Shown piece after piece: positions 61,891 through 64,000 of a stretch of DNA of 64,000 nucleotides. Below the pieces are notes generated by a model. It searched no databases. It was given only the letters and a program-made list of their open reading frames with translations, and was not told the origin of the DNA. The position numbers and the translations under genes are program-made. Positions within the stretch are counted from its first letter, which is position 1; each line of letters opens with the position of its first letter. The DNA comes from Chiloscyllium plagiosum (lineage: Eukaryota): assembly GCF_004010195.1 (NCBI RefSeq), contig NC_057710.1, forward strand, positions 138,008,075 to 138,072,074, read 5' to 3'.

Positions 61891-63424
61891 TAATAATCCC
61901 CCTTCTTTCTTGTAACATTCATCATGTCGGAGGGGTGGTCAATCTGGGAATGCACCTTAATGGAATTTTGGAATTCTGGGCAGCACCCAGAACTACGCCT
62001 GAAAGCAGAAGACATTAACAAATAAAGGTTCTCCATCGTTAGGAACGGAAAACCTGCCACATTTTCTGGTAATCAGACACTTTATTGGTAGTTGGCAGAT
62101 TTTCTACTGGCATTAGTACTCAGATTGAGAAGAAAAAAGGCCGCCAACAGAAGCTGGTAGCTGTAGCACAAGGCAGTACCCAGCAAGGGTCATGGCTGCT
62201 GTCATTACAGCCCTCACCAGATTCCCAGGATGACGCAAATAACCTGGAACAGATGAATGTTCTTGGGTGGTGGGAGTATCTTGCAGGGTGGGTTTTGACA
62301 GATGAAGGGGTCTGAACTAAGGGGGGGTGTCAGCAGCCACCCCGTTGACCTATGTCCAGTCTCTCAATTGAACACAGATTAGTGCGGATCAGAGGAACTA
62401 GCTGTCACTCTGCCTACACTGTCAGGTGGCCTCCCAGCAGGCAATGGGGTAGGAACCTGGGAGGCCCTGCCCAGAACCTCATTCCAGTTGAGGTGGAAAT
62501 ATGGTGGGGCTCTGGTACATCATCATTCCTCTATATCCTCATTACATTTTCTTCCTGCCTCCAGATTTCCCACCTCAGAACTGGAAGATTCTGTCCTCTA
62601 ATGGCCCAGATCTTCCAGTCTCCGCATACTCAGAGACCAGGCAGAGGCCAAGAGACGTTTATTAGGACCGGACACACTAATCCTATAGGAATTGCTTGGG
62701 AAGCTTATAATTCCAAAGGACAATTTCCCTGCTTCATGTGACTCTTCAAGAAAGCCTTCAGCTCTGAGTTAGAAGCAGAGACTCCAGTTAGTTCCAACAT
62801 ACTTACTTGGAAAATTGCCCAGGAAACGTTAAACAGAATATTTTTGATTGGGTTTAATTTATAAAAAAAATTGATTTGGCATGTTTGTTTACAGAATCAC
62901 ATGTGTTTCAGTGCAACAGGAGACCATTCCATCCATCATACCTGTACTGGCTCAATAAATGAACATCATTACCGAGAGCCAGTTTCCATCTTCCCCATAC
63001 CTTGCACATTATTTTTCTTCAAATAATAATCCAATACCCCACTGAAAGTTTCAATTTGACTTGCCTGCATCATATTTCTAGGCAATAGAAATGCCTTAAC
63101 TATGCCCTAACTACCCCCCTGTATGAAATAAAAAAGTTTTTCTTTATTTCTTTTGCAGGTCTATGCCCAAATGTTTGTTTTTGCAGCTTTCATTTTTGCA
63201 TTGTGGCCAAGAAGGTGCAGTGAGGGTCCATGATCAAAGAAAGCTAGTTGTGGAAGTGTTGTTGAAGGGAAGATCCATTTCCTGGTGGCATACTTGCCTG
63301 AGTCTTTCACAGGTAATTTGACCAAGGGGTCAAGTTTGGATGCCTCCCACCTCTCCTTGCTGATATTATTATCTGGCACCTCAGATTACAGCTGGTGGTA
63401 AGGGATGCCCTCACAATGAATAGG

Positions 63425-63773
63425 AATCATAGAATCCCTACAGTGTGGAAGCAGGCCTTTTGGCCCATTGAGTCCACACTAATCCACTGACGAAAATCAC
63501 ACCAATACACTGCCCCCCTCTACCCTATCCCTGCAACCCTGCATTTCTCATGGCTAAACCACCCAGCCTGCACATCACTGAGCAATTTAGCCAATCCACT
63601 TAACCTACACATCTCTGGACTGTGGGAAGAACCAGAGAATCCAGAACAAACCCATGCAGACACAGGAGAATGTACAAACTCCACACAGACAGTTGCCCGA
63701 GGGTAGAATCGAATCTGTGTCTCAGGTACTGTGAGGTAGCAGTGCTAACCAGTGGGTCACCATGCTGCCGTCC
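63425..63773 (-). mobile_element. Diverged HE1-type SINE
   Basis: Homologous to 32946-33250 from tRNA head to tail. Confidence 0.85.
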
Positions 63774-63871
63774 ATGTAACAGCATGCCTCTCATTGTATT
63801 CAGGCTTTGTAGGTCTGCATGAATCATGCACCAGACTTAGCCAGGCTTTGCTTCGCTGTAATTGTTCAAGA

Positions 63872-64000
63872 ACAGCTGGCACAATTGGTAGCACTCCTGC
63901 TCCTGAGCCACAGAATAATGAGTTCAAGTCCCACTATAGAACTTGAGTATGTAAAGGACTACTTATACATTAAAGAGGGGGGCCTGCACTGTTGGTGCTG
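63872..64000 (+). mobile_element. 5' tRNA-derived head of a DeuSINE-like SINE, running off the window
   Basis: A-box-like tggcacaattggtag and B-box-like gagttcaagtccc. Confidence 0.55.

Noticed and set aside
62801-62870. Minus-strand gtaagt donor as upstream partner of the candidate exon at 60233
   Set aside because: No AG acceptor upstream, and an in-frame stop in the required phase.
63159-63379. Apparent plus-strand exon (ttgcag acceptor at 63158, CAG|gtaatt donor at 63313) and a minus 72-aa ORF
   Set aside because: No recognisable protein on the plus strand; the minus strand resembles a frameshifted LINE C-terminus (ERWEAS...PPG.DLP), so probably a retroelement remnant. Not fully excluded.
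32000-64000. NSG1 exons expected downstream of ZBTB49 from mammalian synteny
   Set aside because: No segment translating to recognisable NSG1 peptides was found by eye in this window.

Overview
AT-rich vertebrate genomic DNA, almost certainly from a shark: it carries HE1-type tRNA-derived SINEs, abundant CR1/HER1-type LINEs and DeuSINE-like remnants. Two real genes sit head-to-head around a small CpG-rich promoter at about 9.6-9.95 kb. LYAR is on the minus strand, with its first four coding exons at 959-4767 and the remainder off the left edge. ZBTB49 is complete on the plus strand: 7 coding exons at 16326-31837, 799 aa, BTB domain plus 7 C2H2 fingers. Everything else is mostly transposon debris (CR1, L2-like, HE1, Tigger-type MITEs, a Harbinger transposase remnant) plus a 712-N gap inside a near full-length CR1. 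Most ORFs in the supplied track are LINE/SINE fragments or noise. The most interesting signal is a set of ~125-135 bp Penelope-like units. Several are flanked by their own target-site duplications and start at a minimal type-I hammerhead ribozyme motif (CUGANGA-A-helix II-GAAA-short palindrome-UH). Three sequence families keep this architecture, with covarying stems. Also notable are a perfect 71-bp duplication around a 70-bp SINE tail, a multi-template CR1 rearrangement, and a candidate terminal exon of an unidentified minus-strand gene near 60 kb.
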